A stretch of DNA of 64,000 nt from assembly GCA_964593655.1 (NCBI GenBank), contig CAZQIP010000155.1:1761-65760 (forward strand), written 5' to 3'. Made by a program: the position numbers and the translations under genes. The stretch comes from an uncultured bacterium (GTDB taxonomy: Bacteria > Poribacteria > WGA-4E > WGA-3G). Of this stretch, positions 44,709 to 52,949 are shown piece after piece (position 1 is the first letter of the stretch; every line of letters begins with the position of its first letter). Under the pieces are notes generated by a model. That model was not told the DNA's origin, made no database searches, and saw only the letters and a list, made by a program, of their open reading frames with translations.

Positions 44709-45103
44709 TTAATTCAAAAGAGTTGCCGATTCACTTGAAAAGGAGCGCGGGGACATATTAAAATCCTTCACCGATGCCCCAGCAGCCGCCCAATCCGTAC
44801 CACCTGTATAGGAGGCACTCTTAGAGGTTGGAGTTATCCCTTCTGCGCGGTGTTCCGACCTTTCACCTGTTATTTCGACCTGCCAGGTATTACCCTGAGT
44901 GTCTGTCCAGCTCAATTCACCACCGGTTCCGATAGTGACCCCAGGAGGTTACCTGCGGCCCCTACTTCATCTTCAATATTTTCACAGGCGCAGGCACCGG
45001 CGATCTCTGTGCCTCTAAGGTGCGTTGGGTTCAGGCGGTGCTGTTTCTTCCCGCTGTTTCGGACGCGTTGGCGGTTTAGGCGGTTGTTCGGGTGCCGAGG
45101 CAC
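44709..45103 (-). pseudogene. decayed, frame-broken copy of the sigma-like gene at 47698-48327
   Basis: A 40-nt DNA match (44964-45003 vs 47927-47966) is 35/40 identical by eye. It translates as RLNPTHLRGTEIAGACACENIEDEVGAAGNLLGSLSE, against SLNPLVSSLLAGACASESIEDEV...PQLLSVLGE in the intact protein. A stop at 44912 is followed in another frame by a stretch (QVEITGERSEHRAEGITPTSK) faintly resembling region 4 (GIEISQQLHVSEGRVSQLLK). Confidence 0.4.
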
Positions 45104-46622
45104 CGCCGATGATCCGTTTCACTTGTGCCGCGGCTTTCGGATCCGCCTCAGTGAGTTTCCGCATCCCCTCTTCAGGACCATACTGCTCTAAAATCTTCAG
45201 GGCCGCTTCAAAGCGCCCAGGAGTCATCAGTGCAGATTGTGCCTCTGACCAGAGTTGACTTTCAAGCCGTTCCGCTGTCGGGAGTTCGGGCAGCTGCGGT
45301 GTGAACTGCCGTTTCAGTTCTACTTGGAACTCAGCATCGCTCATATTCACGAATTTTTCAAGTTCACGGAGTCTCTCTTGGAATCGCGCGTGCTCGGCTT
45401 GTATAGCCTCGCGTGCGGCGGTGCGAAGGGTCTCGATGTCGGGGGCGGAAGCAATGTCTTCGGGGCCCATGGCATGCTCCTTTTCATACCACTTTTCCCA
45501 CCGCTCTGGCATTGGCTGACCGAGCACATCCTCATAGTTTCCTGGTGTCAGTGGAATGCCATCCATTTCAGTAATGTAGGCATTTTCCTGGATCCATTGC
45601 TCACGGTTATACGGTTTCGGCGGCTCAGAGAGAACATTGTAGTTCCCATCAATGTAGACGATCTCTATATCCTCTGGATGTTTTCCGCGATAAAGCAGGT
45701 CATCCCGCTGCTCCTGTGTCAATGTTGTCCCCCAAGTCTTTAGGCTACTGCCTTCACCTCTGCGAATGTACGTCATCTTCCCGATGACGGGCAAGTACTT
45801 ATCAGGATAGTTGGAAGGAAAGAAAAGTGTCGTCAGCGGTGTATTCGGGTTTTCCGCGGACACCTTTCTCAGCATGCGATTTTCCCATATCTTCCTATCA
45901 ATGAACCTATTTTCATATTCTTCAAAGTTGGTGGTAATTGGAATACCATATTTCCCAGATCTCCACTCGTCTGGCTGATTCTGTTTCTGCAGGAGGTCTC
46001 GGCGCAGTCGAAGATAATAACCGTAATCGCTGGAGTCTTTAAAGTGAGCCCCTTTCTCAAGGAGACTTTGGATCCACTTTTGCTTCGGATAACGCGTATC
46101 CCAATCAACCGATTCAGGATAACTCTGAAGAAATGCTGCGTCAAATTCAGCGATGAGTGCTTCGGGCGTCTGAGCACCTTGGTATGATGGAAAACGCACA
46201 CGGTCGAGTTTGGCGAGCTGCTTCGGCGATGGCCAGATAGGATATGCCGGATGTGAAATTTGCAATGCTTCAAATTGCTTTCTCAGCCACGTCGCTTTAC
46301 CTAATCTGAAAGCGCGCTCGTCTCTAACCGCTTCAGGCGTCTTCAAATTTGGATTCTCTTCTATTTCTTTACCAAGTCCGATTTCCACCGTCTGCTCAAC
46401 CCATTCATCCCACGTTTTGACGAGGGTTTTCTCTGCGGAGGCGCGCTTTTCCGCTGAAGTCAGGGGATGCAAGCGTAGACGAACGTTCTCCGCTTGATCT
46501 TCTGAGGAAAGAAATGCCTGTTGAAATAAAAGTGTTGTACCCTCCGGACGAAAAATCAGTAAGATTGCAATGCTGATCAGAAGCAAAAGAGAGCATACGA
46601 CAAACAGATGTTTCCGTGCCAT
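45015..46622 (-). CDS. hypothetical signal-anchored protein with Pro-rich C-terminal tail
   Basis: 535 aa with SD aaaggaga. It has an N-terminal TM (LFVVCSLLLLISIAILLIF). The rest is Trp/Glu/Lys-rich with no recognised domain. The tail is PEQPPKPPTRPKQREETAPPEPNAP. Confidence 0.7.
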   Translation of the reverse strand: MARKHLFVVCSLLLLISIAILLIFRPEGTTLLFQQAFLSSEDQAENVRLRLHPLTSAEKRASAEKTLVKTWDEWVEQTVEIGLGKEIEENPNLKTPEAVRDERAFRLGKATWLRKQFEALQISHPAYPIWPSPKQLAKLDRVRFPSYQGAQTPEALIAEFDAAFLQSYPESVDWDTRYPKQKWIQSLLEKGAHFKDSSDYGYYLRLRRDLLQKQNQPDEWRSGKYGIPITTNFEEYENRFIDRKIWENRMLRKVSAENPNTPLTTLFFPSNYPDKYLPVIGKMTYIRRGEGSSLKTWGTTLTQEQRDDLLYRGKHPEDIEIVYIDGNYNVLSEPPKPYNREQWIQENAYITEMDGIPLTPGNYEDVLGQPMPERWEKWYEKEHAMGPEDIASAPDIETLRTAAREAIQAEHARFQERLRELEKFVNMSDAEFQVELKRQFTPQLPELPTAERLESQLWSEAQSALMTPGRFEAALKILEQYGPEEGMRKLTEADPKAAAQVKRIIGGASAPEQPPKPPTRPKQREETAPPEPNAP

Positions 46623-46701
46623 GCTTTTTCTCCTTTTATCGGTGATCCTCCAGTGGCAGCGTTGATACCTCTGGAGGATTCTTTCTCAATGGGTGTTCTT
46701 T

Positions 46702-47523
46702 TCAATCCGCAGTATAGGTCACAAAAGCAGCATCGCTGGCAGTTTCAAAACTGAAAGAGGCATCTGCGGTACTATCAGCCCTTGCGTCACCATCTACGGA
46801 GGCCCCTTGAGATATAGGGGAGAGTTCAATAGGGATACCCGGAACACTTACCGTCGTAGATCTCGTTTCCGTTAATGTAACGCCATTTTGATCCGTCCAC
46901 TGGTACTTTCCGGTTAAAGCACCATATTCACTCAGAGATATATTAATCTCCCCGGTGACAGTCTGTCCAGTCACGTCGGATGTGCCTTCACCCCAAATAT
47001 GCTGCATCGTCACAGTCCCCATGACGACCTCGGCGAGAAGCGTATCCTCATCACCCGAACCATAATTATTATCGACGGCTTCAGGAACTGTAACAATGGA
47101 GGGGTGCCCATTGCAAAGATAATCGCCGTACTGAATCGAATAGGATCTGTCCATACATGGATCCGCAGTCCCTGAATACCAACTCCGAGGATAGTGGTGC
47201 CAGTTACCACCTGTTGTCGTATAGGCAGCACGCCAGGCTTCCACACTCGCGCTCCCGGAATATTTCTGACTTGAGGTAAACAACCTGTAAGCATAAATCG
47301 ATGGGGAGACAGAAGATGAGGCACCACTCCGACTCGCAGAGAGGCTTGCACTCAGATGCCAACCTTTGCCATCATTGACAGAATTCGTGTAATAACTTTT
47401 AGAACTCTCGCCACCTGTCCACGAGCAGATGCCGTTGGTGATCGGCAGGAGTACGAATGCCGCAATCGCGACGATGGAGAGGCTCGATCGCGTGAGAGTT
47501 CTCGTGAGGTTCTGAAAACGCAT
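46702..47523 (-). CDS. hypothetical secreted Ser/Thr/Gly-rich protein
   Basis: The start is taken at ATG 47523 (MRFQNLTRTL...IVAIAAFVLLPITNG), with SD ggaga. It has four Cys residues and no recognised domain. It lies directly downstream of the sigma-like gene. Confidence 0.7.
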   Translation of the reverse strand: MRFQNLTRTLTRSSLSIVAIAAFVLLPITNGICSWTGGESSKSYYTNSVNDGKGWHLSASLSASRSGASSSVSPSIYAYRLFTSSQKYSGSASVEAWRAAYTTTGGNWHHYPRSWYSGTADPCMDRSYSIQYGDYLCNGHPSIVTVPEAVDNNYGSGDEDTLLAEVVMGTVTMQHIWGEGTSDVTGQTVTGEINISLSEYGALTGKYQWTDQNGVTLTETRSTTVSVPGIPIELSPISQGASVDGDARADSTADASFSFETASDAAFVTYTAD

Positions 47524-47633
47524 GGTAAATCTCCTTATATTATCCACGGACGATAGGCATTTGCTACTCGTCCGTTCGTCGTTATGAAATTGGAAACGCA
47601 ACATAAAATGGACATCATTTGTCCAAACTTTAA

Positions 47634-47666
47634 GTACTATATACATCTCATCTGAAAAACTTTAGC
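47634..47666 (-). promoter_or_regulatory. 33-nt promoter-like box, copy A (gene-sense GCTAAAGTTTTT-N4-TGAGATGTATATAGTAC)
   Basis: The 17-mer gtactatatacatctca (47634-47650) and the 12-mer aaaaactttagc (47655-47666) are identical to copy B. The box is 110 nt upstream of ATG 47523. The leader also shares gacgatagg (47549-47557). Confidence 0.5.
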
Positions 47667-47697
47667 ACTTTTTCAAAATACACGTGGAGATCATTAT

Positions 47698-48327
47698 TCA
47701 AGTGGACTCTTCTTGCAATCTCAACAGTGCCTTTTTCAGTTTTGGCAGCGCGGTTTTCAACAGTTGGCTGACCCGACCTTCTGATACATGAAGCTGCTGT
47801 GAGATTTCTATACCCGAGCACCCCTTGAGAAATTTCAACGTTATCACCTTACGCTCCTTTTCTCCGAGCACAGATAGCAGCTGTGGTAGAAAAGACCGGA
47901 GTTGTTCAATTTCTATTTTCATACAGACTTCATCTTCAATGCTTTCAGAAGCACAGGCACCGGCGAGCAGCGATGAGACCAAAGGGTTCAGGCTGCAGCA
48001 ATCCGCATCAGTGGGCTCGTCGTGCGAATACGAGGTATACTTCGCCTCTTTCCTTCGTTCTGACCAGAGGCGGTAGCACACTCGCGATTTGATAAATGTG
48101 ATGAAACTCACACCGCTGGGATGGTCAGGGTCATACTTTGGCTCTTCTTCCATGATCGTTAGATACGCTAACTGACGGAAATCATCACGCATGCCTTTTA
48201 GACGCGCATTACCACAGGTGGCACACTGAACACACTGATTGACAGAAGCTTCAGCGGAAAGTGGGTTGTCGGGTAAAACGTAGAACGGACATTTTTCGGA
48301 AGCATTCGGACCGCGATTCTTTGACAT
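47698..48327 (-). CDS. minimal sigma-70-family-like protein with N-terminal 4-Cys cluster
   Basis: 209 aa with SD ggaggagg. Cysteines occur in CPFYV...CVQCATC. The region-2-like segment is DDFRQLAYLTIMEEEPKYDPDHPSGVSFITFIKSRVCYRLWSERRK. The region-4.2-like HTH is EKERKVITLKFLKGCSGIEISQQLHVSEGRVSQLLKTALPKLKKAL. No region 1 or region 3 is evident. Confidence 0.7.
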   Translation of the reverse strand: MSKNRGPNASEKCPFYVLPDNPLSAEASVNQCVQCATCGNARLKGMRDDFRQLAYLTIMEEEPKYDPDHPSGVSFITFIKSRVCYRLWSERRKEAKYTSYSHDEPTDADCCSLNPLVSSLLAGACASESIEDEVCMKIEIEQLRSFLPQLLSVLGEKERKVITLKFLKGCSGIEISQQLHVSEGRVSQLLKTALPKLKKALLRLQEEST

Positions 48328-48387
48328 AATAGACCTCCTCCAAGCATAGACGATAGGAACACTTTCAAATATATCCCAGAACCTATT

Positions 48388-48420
48388 GTACTATATACAT
48401 CTCAAACCAAAAACTTTAGC
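48388..48420 (-). promoter_or_regulatory. 33-nt promoter-like box, copy B
   Basis: gtactatatacatctca (48388-48404) plus aaaaactttagc (48409-48420). The box is 60 nt upstream of ATG 48327. The leader shares gacgatagg (48349-48357). Confidence 0.5.
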
Positions 48421-48724
48421 TTTTTTTACGCGTCCAATTGAATGTCCATATCGCACACACATTAATATGTGCTGAAGACGCTAAACTTGTCAATTTTTTT
48501 ACAGATCCTACTGGTTCACAAAATTAAGATTCTGCATCACACGGTAGGTATAGTTAGGAATAACGTGAGTTTCATAAATAAATGAAGGGTTCTTTTGTCC
48601 AAAAAGAATCCTTTTGGTATCAATGAAGTCGTCAACTTTTCACCAAAAGAAGTGCACTAATGCATGTCGCAGAGCAGATTGGTTTATTTGATTTATAGAA
48701 CCTTTTACTTTAATTATAAGAATG

Positions 48725-49110
48725 AAATCGGAAAAGTTAATAGTAAAGGTCATATTTTTTCGGAATTTCACCAAAAATATACGCTGTGATCGTCCAATGA
48801 ACAGTTCTGGACGAAAAATAGAGGAGATTAGAGCGGTGGGCACCAACCCCATACCTCACCCCAACCTATGTGTACACTTCCATTTTTATTATCAAACTCA
48901 CATTAGGAATACACATCGCATTTGGGCGGGTGTACCGCAAAACAGTACCTATCCGACCAGGGAATCGCGTAAGTCTTAATATATATTATAAGTGCTAAAC
49001 CGAAAAAGTTTAGGGTACATTTACATTTTTTCGGATTTTTTTTAGAATTCGCACGTTCTTAAGTAACTATAGATACGAAACTGGAAAAGTTTAGGGCGGT
49101 TTCGGATTTT
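48725..49110 (+). repeat. three dispersed copies of a GAAAAGTT(T)AG...TTTCGGA(T/A)TTT motif in an ORF-poor AT-rich region
   Basis: Copies lie at 48725-48768 (aaatcggaaaagttaatag...ttttttcggaattt), 48997-49038 (aaaccgaaaaagtttagggtac...ttttttcggattt) and 49077-49110 (gaaactggaaaagtttagggcggtttcggatttt). The second contains the ctaaac/gtttag and ccgaaaaa/tttttcgg palindromes. Confidence 0.6.
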
Positions 49111-49449
49111 ATAGTGAAATCCGAAAATAAGTTTACACATGTAGCATAGAAGACCGTTGGTTTCCTGTGCCGTAAGGGTTTCGGAGTTCGGAAGATGTAT
49201 AAGGTAGGGAATCCACTATAAGGTATTTCTGGCATACCCGAAAAAACCGACAGTTTTGATACTCAGGTAGGAGAAATGTCCACTATTATTGTTTCTTATT
49301 TGCTTTTTCTATGAATTCGTAGGCATGCGGACCCTACTGTCCTATAGAGTTTCGGGCAGTTGGGATTCTGGGCCTGGGGAAATCGGGATTGCTGGTGGGT
49401 TCTGTTCGGATGTATCAAATGCCACACGCAGATGTGTGTTTTAAATAGT

Positions 49450-52400
49450 TCATTCTTCACCGGTGGGTCTACCAATAGGTGGAATATGGTGAGTACCAAC
49501 GTTCTCAAAACGGATAGTGCGGGAACTGCGCGTTGTCTCCGTGTCCGATTCAAGGGTGTCCCCACCATTGACGAGGAAGCAATTTTGAACAGTCACGTTA
49601 TCGGACGAGGAGACTTTTCCATCAAATTTTATTGCGGCACCACCGCCCACAGGTCTCCCGTACTCACGATGCACCGCGTCAATGCGACAGTCGCTAACTG
49701 TCACGTTACGGCATTCAGAGAGGTTGAGAGCATCTTGATCTGTTCGGATGTTGACATTATCTATCAGCACATCGTCGCAACCTGTGGCGAGAATGGCGTA
49801 ATCGCCACCGTTCTGGACGTTCAAGTTTAGGATTTCAACGTTTTGGCAGTGTTGCAGTGTAATGCCGTTGTTGCCTGTTCCGTTGAGCGTGCCAGGACCG
49901 TAGACGTTTACATTTTCGAGGTTTTCTCCAATAAGCATCGCGACATCTGTGTCAGGCAAAGCTTTGAGTGTCGCCCCTGCGTCAATAGCAAGGGTAACGT
50001 TGCTTTTCAGGTGAATGGAGCCAGTTGCATAAACCCCAGATGGCACGAAAACGGTGCCGCCACCAACAGCATTACAGGCAGCGATGGCTCGGTTGATTGC
50101 GTCTGCATCGTTGGATTTGCCATCGGCAACAGCACCGAAGTGCCGCACGTTATATGTGCCAACTTTCGCGAGTGCTTCCTGCGTCAGTTCCCCGAGTGTG
50201 TCCAGACGTTTTCGATCGGTATGTGCTTCAAAGTTGGTTACCCATTTCTTAAGGGTCATGCTGCGTACGGACGCGGCATAGTCTATCAAGGTCTTTAAGG
50301 TGTATTCGTATCTGTGTGAATCAACCCTGCCTTCAAGCGTTTTCCAGAGTTCTGCCGCTTGCCCAGCCATTTCAACCCCTTCTTCCATGTTAGCGTAGAT
50401 GTCCTGTATGAGGGTTCTGCCGATAGAGAGACGTTGGTCGTGTGCTGTGAAGTGGAAGGCAGTGAGGTGTGCTTCTCCACGTAACCGGTCTCCATATATC
50501 TCACGAAGCCCTGGCGCGTACTGCGCTAACACGCGCTGACGCAACTCCGGTGTTATAACGCCTGCCCCTTCTTTATTAACGATGTACGGAGTCTTAACTT
50601 GTGCCATGCCGGGATCGGAGGAATCAAGCCATATACCGCGGTAACCGCGATAGTTGTAGGTCTTACGCGTCACTTCCTCAAGCATCATCAGAATAGTCTT
50701 GATCGTTCTAAGGACCTCTGGATCATCGCCGAATGTCTGTTGAATCCATTCTGTGTAGATTTCATCCACTGTCAGGTCTGGATTCCAAGAGAGTCGTCCT
50801 AACCCGTAATAGTTGACGGCGTTCAATGGAGATTTTGTCCACGCAGGTGAAGGTGAGATCATAGACACGCCCATGATACAATCGACATTGAATTTGTTCA
50901 GGCTTCCCGGTCCGTTGCGGTAGGTATCCTGTTGAAACCACCATTTCCACTTCTTGACCCAAGAGACGGGCCAACTCTTGTCAATGACAAGTTCACTTCC
51001 ATATAAGTTTTTCTGAATCGCGCCATCAAGGGCGGGAATGGGTGCCGCGAGGTCCCAATCGAGAGGGCTGCCCTTAGGAACTATAATGACGTTATCCCGG
51101 AAATTGCCGTCCTCGTGTGCGAACAGATCATAGGGAAGCAGGTTCCGATAAGGTTCCGGTGTATATCGAAGATTTCCATAAGCGAAACCGCGCACGAGCA
51201 CCTTTCCGCCGGACGGTTTCAGTGTGTCCGCGATGCGGTTCACCATTGGCGGACGTGGATCGCCGTTCTGTTTCTCCGAACCGAGTTTCATCAGGTATCC
51301 ACCGAAGTCGGGGACTCTTTCATAGAGTGCGTCAGCGGTTTTTGGGTCGAGTGCAAGGAGATAATTCGGACTCCAATAAAGCTTGATGCCGTAGTCTCGA
51401 CAGATGTCGCCAAGTTTTTCGACCTCATCAAGATGTTGTAAAAAATTGTTTCGGTAGTGCCAGTTAATCTCACTCGGACAGAGCGCGTTCCAACCACACG
51501 ATGCCAGCATACGCACCCAATCTCGAATAAGTTTGGTATCGCCGGTACGCAACTCTTCCCAGCTGAAAATTGAGTTGTCTCTGCCGCCACCGCGCCATCT
51601 GTCTCCGAAGAGTCCACGGAAGTAAGACCAATGTGCGACCATACGGATAGGCACTTGTGGATTCTCTAACACATCAAGTTCAAGCGGATCCTGCCCGATT
51701 TGAATGCGACGGATCAGATCGAAAGTACCAAAAACAACGCCTGCGGGTATCCCGCCCGCGACAACAACCGCCCCTTCCATCGCCTTGATAACAAACCCAT
51801 CATCTTCAATGCGATTTAGTTGTAGATCTTCAGCACGATCGCGGATCCAGCTGGAAGTTTCGGCTGTTCCGAGAATAACCTTCGGTCCAGCGACAGTGGC
51901 AGTCTCCGAAACAGAAGGCTTGAAACCGAACATGGATTCCGCCGCCTGTGCCAATTCAGAAGCAGCCGTCTGGACAGTCGAGTTCTCGCCTTCAGCAACA
52001 ATATTTCTAAACACATCCTGATTCGGCTGTTCAGTCGTGGGTGGATTGAACTGTAACCACGCTTTGTAGAGTGTCCTGTCTACCTCTTGATATTTGTAAG
52101 TGTTCTGCTTTTTATCGGTAGGATTCGTATCCCGTCTTCCTGCGTAGATGGTTTTGGTCGCATCGTAAATCTGACGAATTTCAGCGTCGGTCAGGGGCTT
52201 GTTGTAGATACGGAGATCGTCGAGATAGCCAGTAAAGTCTTCACTGGTCTGAATCTCAGTTAAACCTTCTCGGCGCAGCGGCTCCATGTTCACTGTAGAT
52301 AAATCGATTGTTGCGATCTGCTCTCCATCACGCCATCCGACGATCTGTTTCGCTTTGTCGTCATAGGCGACGGCGAACAGATGCCACTCGGAGTCCCCAA

Positions 52401-52893
52401 CGGAGGCTTTCACATGTGGATAAAACGCCCATTCACGCAGGTCGTACTTGGGCCAATCGTAGTCAAGGATCCCTTCCCAGTACTCAAAATCCTTCTCACC
52501 TCGGAAACGGACCTGAAAACAGCCACGATAGTTGTTAAGTTCGATCGCATCGTTGTTATATCCGAGGATGTTGGACCTATCCGACCCCGAGTTTAACCAG
52601 AAACAGATTGTGCCGCGCGATATCGCAAGCGGGGAATTCTCAGGCACAGGGATTCGCATCGGCTCTGTCTTCCGCATCACTTCGATGCAAGCACGTCCTT
52701 CACCGAGTGAATAAATCTTTGTTCCACCGAGTACCGCGTGGTTGTTATTACCAGAGAGGTCTCTTCCGGTTCCATCGTCAAAATCCCAACGACCCACCAG
52801 CACTTCAGGTTCACTTGCCATGACACTACTGAGTTCATTTACCAATACCAGTGCAACGACTACAAAAACAGTAATGAATACTTGATATTCCAT
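49450..52893 (-). CDS. secreted three-module enzyme: LamG-like domain, GH67-like alpha-glucuronidase core, and C-terminal right-handed beta-helix (GH28/pectate-lyase-3-like)
   Basis: The start is taken at ATG 52893 (MEYQVFITVFVVVALVLVNE...), with SD ggagga. LamG-type LDDLRIYNKPLTDAEI is present. GH67-like blocks are DDGFVIKA..VVVAGG...GTFDLIRRIQ, IRMVAHWSYF...GGGRDNSIF, VPDFGGYLMKLGSEKQNG and YYGLGRLSWNPDLTVDEIYTEWIQQTFG. The beta-helix start is YNVRHFGAVADGKSNDADAINRAIAACNAVGGGTVFVPSGVYATGSIHLKSNVTL. Confidence 0.75.
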   Translation of the reverse strand: MEYQVFITVFVVVALVLVNELSSVMASEPEVLVGRWDFDDGTGRDLSGNNNHAVLGGTKIYSLGEGRACIEVMRKTEPMRIPVPENSPLAISRGTICFWLNSGSDRSNILGYNNDAIELNNYRGCFQVRFRGEKDFEYWEGILDYDWPKYDLREWAFYPHVKASVGDSEWHLFAVAYDDKAKQIVGWRDGEQIATIDLSTVNMEPLRREGLTEIQTSEDFTGYLDDLRIYNKPLTDAEIRQIYDATKTIYAGRRDTNPTDKKQNTYKYQEVDRTLYKAWLQFNPPTTEQPNQDVFRNIVAEGENSTVQTAASELAQAAESMFGFKPSVSETATVAGPKVILGTAETSSWIRDRAEDLQLNRIEDDGFVIKAMEGAVVVAGGIPAGVVFGTFDLIRRIQIGQDPLELDVLENPQVPIRMVAHWSYFRGLFGDRWRGGGRDNSIFSWEELRTGDTKLIRDWVRMLASCGWNALCPSEINWHYRNNFLQHLDEVEKLGDICRDYGIKLYWSPNYLLALDPKTADALYERVPDFGGYLMKLGSEKQNGDPRPPMVNRIADTLKPSGGKVLVRGFAYGNLRYTPEPYRNLLPYDLFAHEDGNFRDNVIIVPKGSPLDWDLAAPIPALDGAIQKNLYGSELVIDKSWPVSWVKKWKWWFQQDTYRNGPGSLNKFNVDCIMGVSMISPSPAWTKSPLNAVNYYGLGRLSWNPDLTVDEIYTEWIQQTFGDDPEVLRTIKTILMMLEEVTRKTYNYRGYRGIWLDSSDPGMAQVKTPYIVNKEGAGVITPELRQRVLAQYAPGLREIYGDRLRGEAHLTAFHFTAHDQRLSIGRTLIQDIYANMEEGVEMAGQAAELWKTLEGRVDSHRYEYTLKTLIDYAASVRSMTLKKWVTNFEAHTDRKRLDTLGELTQEALAKVGTYNVRHFGAVADGKSNDADAINRAIAACNAVGGGTVFVPSGVYATGSIHLKSNVTLAIDAGATLKALPDTDVAMLIGENLENVNVYGPGTLNGTGNNGITLQHCQNVEILNLNVQNGGDYAILATGCDDVLIDNVNIRTDQDALNLSECRNVTVSDCRIDAVHREYGRPVGGGAAIKFDGKVSSSDNVTVQNCFLVNGGDTLESDTETTRSSRTIRFENVGTHHIPPIGRPTGEE

Positions 52894-52949
52894 GCCTGTC
52901 CTCCAATGTATTCTAAGGGTACTTGAAGACGTATAATACTGTCCTCTTT

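Noticed and set aside
44709-44915. 68-aa ORF as an independent small gene, which looked weakly similar to the C-terminus of the 46702 secreted protein (WTDxxG.T).
   Set aside because: The only possible start is TTG, with no ATG or GTG in frame after the upstream stop. DNA-level similarity to 46702-46900 is not evident. It is better explained as part of the frame-broken sigma-like remnant.
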